The notes under the pieces are model-generated. The model was given only the letters and a program-made list of their open reading frames with translations, was not told the origin of the DNA and did no database searches. Made by a program: the position numbers and the translations under genes. A DNA stretch of 64,000 nucleotides from the human T2T-CHM13v2.0 reference genome, Homo sapiens, in assembly GCF_009914755.1 (NCBI RefSeq), contig NC_060929.1; one strand, 5' to 3'. Within the stretch, counting starts at the first letter, position 1; the number at the start of each line of letters is the position of its first letter. Below are positions 38,655 through 52,200 of this stretch, in pieces.

Positions 38655-39184
38655 CTCTAAAGTAATATCATTTCATCTGCATGGAAATCCTTCTCCCATG
38701 TCTCTTCATCCCTGATTTGTAATATAGTGATACATTTAAAAAGCAAATTACAGAAAAGTATACACCATGATTGTTATGTGTGCAAGTGAAGGAAGACTGG
38801 AACAGGTACACAAAAATGAACACAGCTATGTAAACTGCGTTTCTGTGGGCTACTCTTGTGTGGAGTTTAAAATGTGGCCACTTTTTACAGGACCAGACTG
38901 CATTTGGTTATCTCTCACCTCCACCTGTTATCACAAGATTCTGGCCCCAGAAATTCCTGGGAGTCCTTTTGGCCTCACAAAAAAAAAATCTCATGACAGA
39001 CAAGTTCCCCTCCCATGGAATCTGCACTGGCCTCAGGCACCTGTCAGGCTGGGTGATGCCCGTACATGAGCCACCTGCCAGGCACTGATGTCCTCCACCA
39101 CGCACATGGGTCCTTGGGGTCCTGATGTGGCACTGCATCTGTGGGAAGCCTCAGGGTGTCACAATCTCTTTGTATTCTCTGCAG

Positions 39185-39272
39185 TCAAGAGTCAGCCCTT
39201 GGGTCCTCCCTCTCTGTTGCTAGGAATTTTTCCATGACATCCCATTGCCCACTGAATAAAATTCAGGTTCTT
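39185..39272 (+). repeat. 88-bp direct repeat, copy 2, flanked by TTCTCTGCAG direct repeats
   Basis: TTCTCTGCAG at 39175-39184 and 39276-39285. Confidence 0.95.
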
Positions 39273-39594
39273 CAGTTCTCTGCAGAACCATGGACATGTG
39301 ATTTTAGTAAAGTTACTCTTTGCCACTTAGATAGGAACCCATGGAAGGCTGGGCTGGGCTTCAAATCCAAGAGACAGATATGGCGACAGACTCATCATTC
39401 TGACCACCTTGGCTTTGTCACTGATCCAGCACATTGTGCCTGATGCTGTCCCAGCAAGTTCCCATATCTCTTGGGCAAATGGACCCTGGTGACCTACCTC
39501 CAGCTCTCTAGCCCAAACATGTCTGCATTCCAGTGGTGAGCATGGACCGATCTAGAATGGACCTTCTGTTGTAATGGGAAGCAGGATTATGAAT

Positions 39595-40865
39595 TTCTTT
39601 TATTTCAATAACTTTTAGGGTACAAGTGGTTTTTGGTTACATAAATGAATTGTTTAGCGGTGAAGTCAGATTTTGGTGCACCCTTCACCCAAGCAGTTTA
39701 CATTGTACCCAATATACAGTTTTTTATTCCTCACCCCCAACTTCCCCCTAAGTCTCCGTAGTCCATTATATCACTCTGTTTGCCTTTGCATACCCATAGC
39801 TTAGTTCTCACTTATAAATGAAGACACAGTATTTAATTTTCCATTCCTGAGTGATTTCACTTAACATAAGGGCCTCCAGCTCCATCTAAGTTGCTGCAAA
39901 AGACATTATTTTTTTTGTGGCTGAGTAGTATTACATGGTGTATATAAACCACATTTTTTTAATCCACTCATTGGTCGATGGGTGCTTAGGTTGGTTCCAT
40001 ATCTTTGCAATTGTGAATTGTGCTGCATTAAACACACACATGCAAGTGTCTTTTTGATATACTGACTTCTTTTCCTTTGGGTAGATACCCAGCAGTGGGA
40101 TTGCTGGATTGAATGGTAGATCTACTTTAAATTCTTTAACCAATCTCCATACTGTTTTCCATAGAGGTTGTACTAATTTACATTCCCACCAGCAGTGTAT
40201 AATCATTTCCTTTTTACCACATCCATGCCAACATCTATTGTTTCTTGACATTTTATTAATGGCCATTCTTGTAAAAGTAAGGTGGTATGTCATTGTAGTT
40301 TTAATTTGCATTTTCCTGATGATTAGTGATTTTGAGCATTTTTTTCATGTTTGTTGGCTATTTGTATATCCTCTTTTGAGAAATGTCTGTTCTTGTCATC
40401 TGCCCACTTTTTGATGGGATTATTTGTTGTTTTTTTTCTTGCTGATTTGAGTTCCTTGTAGATTCTGGATACTAGTCCTTTGTTGGATGCGTAGTTGGCA
40501 AATATTTTCTCTTATTCTGTGGATTGTCTGTTTACTCTGATGATTATTTCTTTTGCTGTACAAAAGCTTTTTAGTTTAATTAGGTTTCATTTATTTATTT
40601 TTGTTTATTTTATTTTATTTTTTGCATTTGCTTTGGGGTCTTAGTCATGAATTCTTTGCCAATGTCCAGAATAGTTTTTCCTAGATTATCTTCTAGAATT
40701 GTTATGGTTTCAGGTCTTAGATTTAAGCCTCTGATCTATCTTGCGTTGATTTTTGTATAAGGTGAGAGATAGGGATCGCGTTTTACATGTGGCTAGCAAG
40801 TTTTCCCAGCACCATTTATTAAATAAGGTGTCCTTTCCCCAGTTTATGTTTTTGTATGCTTTGAT
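39595..40865 (-). mobile_element. 5'-truncated L1PB (PB1/2-like) with ORF2 C-terminal Cys-rich domain relic
   Basis: ORF 39931-40311(-) [48 protein letters not shown]1PB 3'UTR 'gggtacaagtggtttttggttacat'. Confidence 0.95.
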
Positions 40866-41811
40866 AAATGACTTTTTGATACTAAATTTTCTTAAACACT
40901 CTTGTTATTCTTTTTGAAAAAAAAAAAAAATCAGATTCATCCTTGAGTCCTGCCTCCAAGATTTCTGAGCTTCCGTGAGGCCTCTTTGCTCCCAATATGA
41001 TGAAATGTGGGCTCTTTCTCTCCTTCCAGGTCCCACACTTTGGCCTTCTCATGGGACCTTTCATAGCTCTGCTCTGTAGAATACTTATTTGGGTACTTTT
41101 TTCCTCTCTCTCTCTAATGTGGACTGTCCTTGAAGACTTGCCTTAAACCCACTGTGAGCACCATCACTGTTAGGTGAAACTCCAATGTGTGATTTGACTC
41201 CTTGAGCATATAGCGGTCATCCTGTGCCATGAACCAGTGACAGAGGTGAACTGTCTGTAACACAAGGTCCTTCTGTGGACCATCCAGGACACCAGGATCC
41301 TGACCAGCTCTGCCACCATTCACTAAGACCCTGGCCAGCTCTCATAACTTCACGTCTCAGTGTCCCATCCACAAAGTGGGGGAAACAGCCCCTACCCCAG
41401 AGATCTGGTGAGACTATGTATTTAAGTGCACTGAACCACTAGAGGAGAACTTCTCCATTTATTAGAGGGCTAATTTTAGCAATCTGTATATTTTAGACCA
41501 GGAAATAGTGATGCAGTTTTTCAGTAAAATACCCCGGGGATCTGCTGTCTTCAGATATCTTTCACATAAAGAGCTTATGTTCAGGAAGAACTCAGCAGGC
41601 TAGGGTAAGGATTGAAACCCAATTCTAATCACTCCTGGCCTACATCCTTCTGCTCCTCGATGTTTACCTGTAGTCTTGGGGGGAACTTCTAGAAACAGGG
41701 ACCAACTTATAGCCACGGCTGAAAACTAGGGCCCTCACTCTGGGACATGAAGGCCCTAGGAAGATTTGGAAAAGCTTTGATTTCTAATAGAAGCCTGTGG
41801 TTCAGGGCATC

Positions 41812-41830
41812 AGAGAGAGAGAGAGAGAGA
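41812..41830. repeat. (GA)n microsatellite
   Basis: agagagagagagagagaga seen directly. Confidence 0.85.
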
Positions 41831-42371
41831 ATTAGTTTAGGGGAAGGAAACCTTGTATTTTAGGAACCCAATTGAGAGTTGTAAGGAATCTGGGGATCAT
41901 AGTTGCTGCTTATTTAGAAAAGGAAAGCTATTTTCCTATCCCTACCTTGCTCATTTTGGAGGGCCAAGGGTGTAGGGTGGTGACTATGGGGAAAGGCGGG
42001 AGGAGATTCAATGGGAACAATGCCTCACTGTTCCAGAATTACAGGAATAAGGTTTACCATGAACAGATTTCCCAGAATACAGAATATTGGTCCAGTGAGG
42101 AGATTTTGAAAGAGTATAATCATTTGGGAATGGAATCTTTCTAATGGGTGTGGGATCTTTTCTGGCTTTTTAAAAGGAGTACATGGAATGGTATTTGGCT
42201 TTTTCCATATCTCAGCTTTATTCACTTTGCCCTGAGCTCTAGCCAATCTCCTATTTCATGTTCTGGAACATGCCCATACTTTTCCATCTCTGAGCCTGTG
42301 CTGCCCTTGCCTCTGTGTGCCTGTACCTATGCATCTTCCACTCTGTATTCTAAAAGCACTCTGCTTGGCAT

Positions 42372-42841
42372 TGTGAAATGGGATATACAAAATGGTACCA
42401 CTCTGGTTCAGAGCTCTAAAATGGAGTTGGAGTTAGGCCATTCTAAAAAGGATTGCCTGCGTGTCCTGCAAACTGGCAAAACAAAACAGAAACTTGCTTT
42501 GAACCTTTGAAGTATGCCAAAGTACAATGACCACAACATCCTGGAAAACAAATGAATTTCACCAGTGCTGCAACTCCCGAACAGTAACAACCAATGAGCT
42601 ATGGGCTCATGTGCTAAGCCAGCTGCGTCCACCAATAATAATCCTTTCAAAACAGCTTGTGTAACCACCCTTAGCTTTCTTGTTATTTTCTCTTAAAAAC
42701 CCCCTACTCCCTTCCCTCTCTTTGGAATATAATTTGGCTTCGAGCTGAATCTGTATCTCCCAAATTGTGATTCCTAAGACTCCAATAAATACCTTGTCTT
42801 ACTGCTTTGCTCTCTGGTCTTTTGCCTCTTCTTGGTTGACA
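42372..42841 (+). mobile_element. ERV1-class solo LTR (family unassigned), inserted in an L2 tail
   Basis: TG...CA ends, exact 4-bp TSD GCAT (42368-42371 / 42842-42845), CCAAT boxes, TATA-like 'cttaaaaaccc', AATAAA at 42784, terminal 'ggttgaca'. Confidence 0.85.
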
Positions 42842-44149
42842 GCATTTAGCACATACAGTTGGTGCCAAATAAATACCTTTGAATGAATGACGTAAAGCCA
42901 TAAAAAATCCTGTCATTTAAAAGTTCTGTCCACTTGGTGAAACACCTTCATTGTTTCTTTCAAATAGTAATGTTTTCACAGGCATTCAGGAGGGAAAAAG
43001 ATTGTTCACTCACTCTATAAACATTGCATCACTTCCTGCTTTGACCCAGGCACAACGCCTTAGTCTCACCTGTGGAGCTAAGTGCATGGGCTTTGTGACT
43101 GCTCTTTCCTGAGTATAAAATCTATTTAGAAATTTCTGGGGTGTGAAGACATAGTCCTGGCCTCTCTGAAAGTTGTAGCAGCCAGTGCAAGAGTCCAGTG
43201 GAAGAGCTTTCCAGGGCCAAGAAAGGGCTTCTTTCACACTCTAAGATGTCATAATACCTAATAAGCAATCATGAATGGTGGTTGGGTTAATTCCTAATCT
43301 GGTGTTTAAAATCTCAACTAATAAATATTGGCACTAACAAGAGGCCAGAGATTTCATCATAATGACCAAATGATCAAAACTCAGGATCCTATAAGCTGAG
43401 AAGTTTAAGACTTATGGATCAAAAATGAATATGAGCTATTTATATACGCAGCAAAGTTAAATGTAACCTTATATCCATAAAATATACCTAGAAGAGTGAA
43501 GTTGAAATAGTAGTGACAACCTGCCACCTTCTAATTTCTGAAACATCTTCTTGCAAGCATCAGTCTAGTCAGGCTCTGGCTACATCCTGTTGTCAGTGAC
43601 TTGAGGTTATTAGCAGCTACCTGGTGCTATTTGATATACTCATATCAAATAATTTAAGTCAATTAGAGGACATTTATCGAACACCTACATGAGCCTGACA
43701 TAGTGGAACATAGACATGTATAAGCACTGATGTTTTCCTTGAAGGACTCACTGTTTAGTGTGAGACAAACAAATGTATGAAAAGCAACATCATAACCCAG
43801 AACATCAATCACAGCTGCCACCTTTGACCTATGGACTTGCACAAAGCAGCAAACAGGGGATGAAGAATTAAAAGAGGGAGAAAGTTCTTTAGGGGCTCTG
43901 TTCCCTAAGCCAGCAACATAGGATAATTAGCATGTCTTCCTTGCTTTCATCCAGAAATAGATAATGCAAAGATTAAACAAAGCAATTTAACACAATAGGT
44001 ATATAATGAGCATCAGCTCTGGGAGGGGCTTTCTGGGAAAGGCAAAGATAAAATATCCATGGTGTGTGACTTCAAAGATGTCATAGCTCAGTGAGGGAGG
44101 CAGGACAAGTGTTTGGGTTATTCTAATAAAAGAGAATGTCAGTAATAAT

Positions 44150-44385
44150 AATAATGACAGCTATCCTTCAGTGAGCACTCAGGATATGCTAGGCACAGTG
44201 CTAAGTTTCTATCATGCACACACACACCACACCTGTTCTGTGATGTCAATGCACTTGTCATGTTTTATCTTTTAAGAAACAGGCCATGAGAGGCCAGTTG
44301 ATGTGCCTAGGATAACATGGCCTTCAAAGAACCTATCTGATATCTAAATCCAGACCTGTCTTCTCCCCAGCCTGAGCATTCAGCC
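44150..44385 (-). mobile_element. MIR SINE
   Basis: 'aataatgacagcta...gagcact...gctaggcacagtgctaag...tgtgcctaggataacatgg...ctaaatccagacctgtct'. Confidence 0.7.
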
Positions 44386-44459
44386 TCTGTCATGCATCCT
44401 GGGAAGAGAGGCTTACAGGAGATGCTCTGGGGCCTGGAGGTGGGAAAGGACACTTCTGG

Positions 44460-44900
44460 ATAGGGGCTGCCTTCTTGGGTTCTCCCACCAGCAGACTCTG
44501 AGAGAAGGATTTGAGTGCAAGTTGCTTATTGGGAAGTGATGCCAGGAAGCACCTATCTGGGGGGAGGGATGTGAAACAGAAGGGAAGGGATGGAACTCAA
44601 GCAGAAATACATAATCTAGCAAACTACCTCTGTGGGCAACGGGATGTCACTTCCACTGGGGAGCTCAGTGTGACAACATAGACCACGGCTCAGAGTTATC
44701 CTAACTGAGTGGTGAAGCAGCTGGGGATTTTATCACCATGCCCACCATCTGTCATTAGTTGAGGGCTGCTTCTAAGAGCCTTAACTCTCAGGAACTCTGG
44801 CTTGCCTGTGTGCTGTCCAAGAATGTGCCTCACAGCTAGCAAAAAGCCACCCAGCAGGGAGACTCTGAGTTCTCAATGAACAGCCTCATGCACAGAGGTG
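44460..44900 (-). mobile_element. ERVL LTR16-family solo LTR
   Basis: 'gcagactctgagagaaggatttgagtgcaagt...gggaagtgatgccaggaagcac...cagagttatcc...gttgagggctgct'. Confidence 0.8.
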
Positions 44901-45589
44901 AGTGCACTGTTCTAGGTATGTCTCAGAGTCTGTGTTTCCTGGGCAATGGTGCCCGAGGCTGAGGGATGAGATGGCAATGCAAGTCCCTGCTCCCCTCCTA
45001 TGCTGAGGAGGCAGCATGCTGTGCTTGAGGTTGAAGCCCCAGTCATTAACTTCTTTCCAGAATTAGAGGTCTCTGTTCTTCATGATGGTGAGTTCAAGCC
45101 TAGCAGAGAGCAATTTCTTACCCATAAACATGCATAGGTACTTTGCAGACCTTCCCGTGATGACTGGAATGATGTCCCTGCAATTTAGAGATCAATTAAC
45201 TGGGAGTTTCTTAGTAAATCGTTGTAGAAGCCTTTGTAGATAAGTTTTTCAAGTCATCCCAGATTTCAGGGCAGTAGACCTGAATTTGAGTCTTAGCTTT
45301 GCCACTTATAAAGCTCTGTGGCTTTGGAGAGTCCCTTAACTTTTCTGAGTCTCAGGTGTGAAAAGGGAGTATCAAGCAGGCCAGCCTTTCTGGTTTCTTG
45401 ACCAGCTAGCAGGTCAAGCTGTCTCACCCAGCATAGAGCTAGGGGGCTTTCTGCAGAACATAGACAAATGATCCGTTGTGCAAGCTCTTTTCAGTTTTTA
45501 AATAGAGCTGCAGGCTAGAGGCCTCCCAGATCTCGTTCTAGGGCTCCCTGCTGTAGTCTTTTCCAGGCACGGACACAGAGTGGAGGGTT

Positions 45590-45810
45590 GGAGCATGGGC
45601 TTTGCAACCAGCAGGCTCTGGTAGAGTCCTGGTTCTGCTGCTCACTGGCAGTATCACTCTAGGCAAACCACTTAACCATTTTGAGCCTCAGTTCCCTCAG
45701 TTGCAGTATGAAGATATTCAACTCAATTCTTCTTAGTATGGTGAGGATTAAATCAGATAGTGCATGTTCAGTGCTTTGCATGGTGTGCAGTAAATATTAG
45801 CCTCTTGTTA
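45590..45810 (+). mobile_element. MIR SINE
   Basis: 'ggcaaaccacttaaccattttgagcctcagttccctcag...gtgaggattaaatcagatagtgcatg'. Confidence 0.8.
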
Positions 45811-45894
45811 TCATAGCTTTGTCCTGAAAGGGGTCTCACTCGGTAGAGCTGGGAGGAAGCATTCAACGTTTTGCGAGTCTCCTGGAAGAAGTAC

Positions 45895-45902
45895 TGACGT
45901 CA
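45895..45902. promoter_or_regulatory. Full palindromic CRE (TGACGTCA) motif; function untested
   Basis: Exact 8-mer in unique sequence with several neighbouring CpGs. Confidence 0.35.
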
Positions 45903-47819
45903 TGGAAGCAGACGCTCTTTGCCTGTCTCTGTCTGTAATTGTCAGTCTTTGTTCTCTTCCACAATTAGACATATCAGATTCAAAAGGGACATTGTCTCAT
46001 ACTAATGAATAGATTAATAGCCTCCCTCCCCAGATGCAAGAGACTTTATCAGCCTCTTGAAATGTGGATGATATCTCAGAAAGGGAGTTTTATGAAGCGA
46101 TGCCTAAATAAATGATTAATCCCTGGTATACCTGAGACTCAGTCTTGGCTGAGAGGTTGGGGCCTGCTGTCATGGCACGGACGAATGGCTTGGGGGTCAG
46201 TGTTGGGATACGTGAAGTGGGTGCCCAGGAGCTAGCTGGCTCCTAGCCAGCTGTGTGGGGAAAGATGAAAAACCTAACTCTAACATCAGAGAGTGGAATA
46301 AGGGCCGAAGGAGCTAGAGGAAGGAAAAGGAATGCCTTTTAATCTTGGGCTCAAGCTTGCAATTCACAGGTGTGCCCATACAAGCCCAGACCTGGAGCTG
46401 GGAAGTTTGTCACTGATAAGCTGGTGGACACTGTGCTAGCCTTTTTTCCTTTATGTAGCAGGCTCTCTAGAAGGCTGGCCATGGTGCCCTTGGCTGAATC
46501 TTTTCTGGCCTGGTGTTAGCCTCTAGGTTTGCACAATATCAGTTCCATTTCTTGCTCTGGTTTGGGGTACAGACCAGATAAGTCAATATGCTGTATGTGA
46601 GAGGTTCCTCTTTTGTCTTCCTGAAGAAACCCACCCAAGAGTCTGTTTCCTTTATCCCTGAATGCATATCCCAGCTGGCTGATGTTGAGGGCAGGCCTGT
46701 CAACCAGCCGAGGGTCGCTGCTCCCATCTGGTGGGGAGCCCCGCCCCATTAACATTTGATGAATCTGACACTTTCTCACTTTCCCCGAGGGAGGTCAGCA
46801 GCCTATGGAGGAAGCAGAACTTATTTAGGAGAAAGATGTTTCCAAAAAAATGAGAAGAACATCAGAGCCTTTTAACAAACACAAGGTAATTTCATTTTTA
46901 TATTTCTTTCGTAATAGAATTTGACCTACCATGAAATGAACCATTTTAAAAATTATCTACCAACTCATACAACAGAAGGCATTAAGTTCCCTCTACTCCC
47001 CCGCCCCCACCCAGAATTAACTTTTTAATTTTAGGGACAGAGTAGAAGAAAAACACTGAGACCAAAGTATCCGGCATTTAAGAGAAGCCCCCCATCCCTG
47101 GCTTGGCCAATTTGTAGGAACTGGCCTTCCCAGAGGGATTGGAGGTCTAAGCAAAGCCAACCATTAGCTTCCAAATTGATTTTCAAACCAAAATTGGAAC
47201 AGTTCTCAAATGCTCCCAGGATTTGGGGCTATTAATACAGAAGAACAATGAGAAGGAAAAAGTGAGTGTGTAAGAGGTGATTTATGACTGAAAGGAAGTT
47301 ACAGCCTCGGAAACTTGTATGTAACCCAATCACGAACCCTTCTGGAGATGTTCCAGGGAAGAGATGGAGAATGTAAAGGGAGAGGGTTTCCGAGGGATAT
47401 TAAAGGTTATGAAAGGAGGTAATGTGGGTTTTGGGCCTGAAATGAGCAAGGAAGAAGCTGATCATGTTGAACATTTCATAACCACAGCAGGTTTTTGTGC
47501 AGCTGTCATCGGTGCCTGAGACACCCCATGAGCCTTTCCTTTTATTTATTTCTTACCATTAGTCCATCACCAGACAGGTTAAATGGCAGGAAGAGAGTGT
47601 CCCCACAAGAGTGTGAGACTGTGACTGCTGCTCAAACCCATGGTCTCGTCTCAGGTGTCCAGTCTTCAACAGTCAAGGTCACAGCTCTAGCTGCTAATCA
47701 GTAAGACCAGCCATGGCCAAGATGGAGTGGAGGTTCACAGGAAAGTGTGGTTGGGCAGCCAGATCCTGGTCAGGTGTTCTGGAAATGAACACGTAACATC
47801 CCCTGTTTTTTTCGTAGTT

Positions 47820-49260
47820 TTTGCAAAAGTTATTTATTATTTACAGTTTTATTGGGGTGGAATTGATATACAAGAAGTTGTACATATTTAAAGTGTGCAA
47901 TTTGATGAGTTTAGACAAATGTATATGCCAATGGAACCACAACTACAATCAAGATTATAAATGTATCCATCACTCCTAACAGATTGCTCAGGCCCTTGTA
48001 AATCCCTTCCTCCCTCCATCTTTACCCTTATGCTCCACCCCCAAGCATACAGTGATTTGGTTTCTGTCAATATAGATTAATTTGCATTTTCTAGAATTTT
48101 TAATAAATGAGATCATACAGTATATATATTTATTTATCTGGCTTCTTTCAGCATAATTATTTTGATATTAATATTCCTCCATGCTATTGCACATATCAAT
48201 AGTTATTCCCTTTTGAGTGGTATTCCACTGTATGGATATATCACAATGTGTTTTTTAATTTATCTGTTTATGGGCATTTGGGTTATTTCCAATTTGGGGC
48301 TATGACAAATAAAGCTGTTATGCACATTTATGCCTAAATCTTTGTGTGAAAATGTATTTTAATTCCTCTTTGCGTAAATGCCTAGGAGTAGAATAGCTAA
48401 GTTGTATGGTAGATGTATGCTTAACTTTCCAAATATATGTCAAACTGTTGTCCAAAGTGACTATGCCTTATTGTATTCTCTCCAGAAATGCCTCTGAGAG
48501 TTTCAGTTCCTGCCCATGCTAACACTTGATATGGGCACTTTAATTTTAGCCATTCTTGTGAAAGTGTAGTGGTTTCTCATTGTAATTTTCATTTGTATTT
48601 CTCTAACAACTAATATTATTGAATATATTTTCATTCACTTGACATTTGGATATCTTCTTTGATATATCTGCTCAAACACTTTCTTATTTTTTAAACTGAA
48701 TTTTTTGTCTTCCTATTACTGAGTTGTAAGAGTTCTTTACATATTTTTGGTACAAGTTCTTTGTCAGATGTTTTGCAATTATTTTCTGAGTCTGTGGCAT
48801 GCCTTTATATTTCCACAGGTGTCTTTTAATGAACAAATATTTTAAATTTTGATGAAGTCCAATTTATTGTGCTTTTTTGTTTGTGTTTTTGTATTATATT
48901 TAAGAAATCCTTGCCAAGTCCAGTCATTTAGATTTTTCTTTAAGGTTTTCTTCTACAAGTTCCATAGTTTTAGCTCTTCTTACATTTGGGTCTATTATCT
49001 GTTTCAAGTTAATTTTTATATATGATATGAGGTAAGATGAGGTAAGGGTCAAGGCTTTTTTTTCCCCCCCATGGTATTTGATTGTTCTTATACAAGTTGT
49101 TCTAAGGCTCTCCTTTCTCCATTGAATTGCCTTGGTACCTTTGTCAAAAATCCATCAACCACCTGTGTGGTTGGTCTATATCTAGACTTTCTTTTATGTT
49201 TCATTTGTTAATATATATATTTTTGTGTGACCCACACTGCCTTGCTTACTGTAGCTTTAT
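47820..49260 (-). mobile_element. Old L1 (L1MD/ME1-like) 3' portion; resumes at 55385
   Basis: 'tttaaagtgtgcaatttgatgagtttagacaaatgtata...tatagattaatttgcattttctagaatt' 3'UTR, followed by ORF2-derived sequence. Confidence 0.88.
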
Positions 49261-52200
49261 TTTTAATTTTAAAAACATTTTAATTGATTTATAATATTTG
49301 TATATACTTACAAGGTACATGTGATATTGTGTTACGTGCACAGACTGTATAATAATCAAGTCAGGGTATTTGGAGTGTCCGTCACTTCGAGTATTTATCA
49401 TTTCTATGTGTTGGGAATTTTTCTAGTCCTCTCTTCTAGCTATTTTGAAATATACAATATTTTGTTAACTATAGTTACCTTACTCTGCTATTAAACATTA
49501 GAATTTACTTCTTCTATCTAACTAACTAATGGTATGTCTGTACCCATTAACCAATCTCTCCTTATTACCTCTTACCCACAAGCCCTTCTCAGACTCTGGT
49601 ATCTATCACTCTATTCTCTACCTCCATGAAATCAACTATTTTAGCTCTCACATATGAGTAAGAACATGTGATGATTGTCTTTCTGTGCCTTTTTTTTCTG
49701 TGTCTTTTTTTCTTTCTGTGCCTTTTGTCTTTCTGTGCCTTTCTGTGTCTTTTTTTCACTTAACATAATGACCTCCAGTTCTGACCATGTTGCTGTGAAT
49801 GACATGATTTTATTCTTTCTTTATGGCTGAATAGTATTTAAGTATGTATGTATACCACATTTTCTTTATCCATTTGTCTGTTGATGGACATTTAGGTTGA
49901 TTCCATATCTTGGCTATTGTGAATTGTGAATAGGGCTACAATAAACATGCATGTGCATACCTCCCTTTGATATACTGTTTCCTTTTCTTTTGGATAAATA
50001 CCCAGTAATGGGATTGCTGGATCTTATGGTCATTCTATTTTTAGTGGGGTTTTTTTTTTGAGAAATATATTCATTTTCCATAGTGGTTGTAGCAGTTTAC
50101 ATTCCCACAAACAGTGTATAAGAGTCCCTTTTGTCTGCATCCTCGCCAGCATCTGTTACTTTTTGTCTTTTTAATAATAGCTATTCTAACTGGGGAAAGA
50201 TGATACCTCATTGTGGCTTTAATTTGTATTTCCCTGATGATTAGTGATGTTGAACATTTATTCATATACCTGTTGTTCATTGTATGTCTTCTTTTGAGAA
50301 ATATCTATTCATGTCCTTTGCCACTTTTTAATGGAATTGTTTGTTGCTGAGTTGAGCTCCTTGTATATGCTAGACATTAGTCCATTGTTAGATGAATAGT
50401 TTGAAAATATTTTCTCCCATTTTGACAAGTTGTCTCTTTACTCTGTTGATTGTTTGCTGTGCAGAAGCTTTTTAGTTTACTATAGTCCCATTTATCTGTT
50501 TCTGTTTTTGTTGCCTATGCTTTTGAGGTCTTAGCCATAAAACCTTGGCCTGCATATGGATATCCAATCTTCCTAGCATCATTTACTAAAGAGGGTGTCC
50601 TTTCACCAGTGTATGTTCTTGGCACCTTTATTGAAAATCAGTTGCTGTAAATACGTGGACTTATTCCTGGATTCTCAATTCTGTCCCATTGGTCTACATG
50701 TCTGTTTTTATACTAATACCATGCTGTTTTGGTTACTATAATCTTGTAATATATTTTAAAGTCAGGTGATGTGATGCCTCCAGCTTTGTTTCTTTTGCTC
50801 AAGATTGCTTTGGCTATTTGAGCTTTTATCGGTTCCATATGAATTTTAGGGTTACGTTTTAGAATTCTGCCCAAAGTGACATTTGTATTTTGATAGGGAT
50901 TGCATTAAATCTGTAGATTGCTTTGGGCAATATGGTCATTTTAATGATATTAATTCTTCTGATCCATGAGCATGGAATGTGTTTCCATTTGTTTGTGTCC
51001 TCTTCAATTTTTTAAATCAGTGTTTTGTAGTTTTCCTTGTAGTGATCTTTCACTTCCTTGGTTAAATTTATTCCTAGGCATTTTATTTTATTTTTTGTAG
51101 CTATTATAAATTGGATTGCCTTATTGATTTCTTTCTTAGCTAGTTTATTTTTGGTGAACACGAATGCTACTGATTTTTGTATGTTGATTTTATATCCTGC
51201 AACATTACTGAATTTATTACATCTAAGAGTTTTTTGGTGGACTCTTTAGGTATTTCTAGTTATAGGATCATATCATCTGTAAAGGGGATATCTCTTGTTA
51301 TTGGTCTGTTCAGGTTTTCTATTAATATTTCTTCTTGATCCAATCTTAGTATGTTGTATGTGTCCAGACATTGTCTGTTTCCTCTAGGTTTTCTAGTTTA
51401 TCAGTGTATAGTCGCTTTAATAGTCTCTGATGATCTTTTGTATTTCTGTGGTTCAGTTGTAATGTCTCCTTTTTATTTTCCGATTTTATTTACTTGAGTC
51501 TTCTCTGTTTTTTTATTGGTCACTCTAACTATTGGTTTATCAATTTTGTCTTTTCAAAAAACCAACTTTTCATTGACCCTTTTTGGTCTCCCTTTCATTT
51601 AGTTCTGTTCTGATCTTTATTATATCTCCTCTTCTACTAATTTTAGGTTTGGCTTCTTGCTTTTTAGGTTCCTAGAGGGGCATCATTAGACTGTTTATTT
51701 GGAATCTTTCTTCTTTTCTGATGTACATGTTTATTGCTATAAGCTTCCTTCTCAACACTGCTTTTGCAGTATCCCATAGGTTTTGGTATGTTGTGTTTCA
51801 ATTGTCATTTGTTTCAAGAAATTATTTGACTTTCTTCTTTATTCCTCCTTGAAAAAGGGGTTATTCGGGAGCATGTTGTTTAATTTCTATGTATTTGTAC
51901 AGTCTCCAAATTTCCTCTTAATATTGATTTCTAGGTCACTATAGTCTGAGACAATACTTGATATGATTTTGATTTTTAAAAATTTGTTGAGATTTGTTTT
52001 GTGTCTTAACACATGGTTCATCTTTGAGAATGTTCCGTGTGCTAATGAGAAGAATGTGTACTCTGTAGCTGGTGGATGAAATGTTCTGTAAATATCTTAT
52101 ATCCATTTGGTCTAATATGCAGTTTCAATTCAATATTTCTTTGTTGACTTTCTGTCTAGCTCATCTGTCTAATGCTAATAGTAGAGGGCTGAACTCCTCC

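Larger units (their letters stand above)
37850..38700 (+). mobile_element. Internally deleted L2, interrupted by MER20
   Basis: 'gcttctgtgacactac...gtcactcaagccaaagacctcaagagtcagcctt...cattgctcactgaataaaattcag'. Confidence 0.6.

Noticed and set aside
49675-49760. Repeated TTTCTGTG(C/T)C units as an array
   Set aside because: A slippage expansion of the normal L1 'gtctttctgtgcc' 3' sequence, with no unique spacers.
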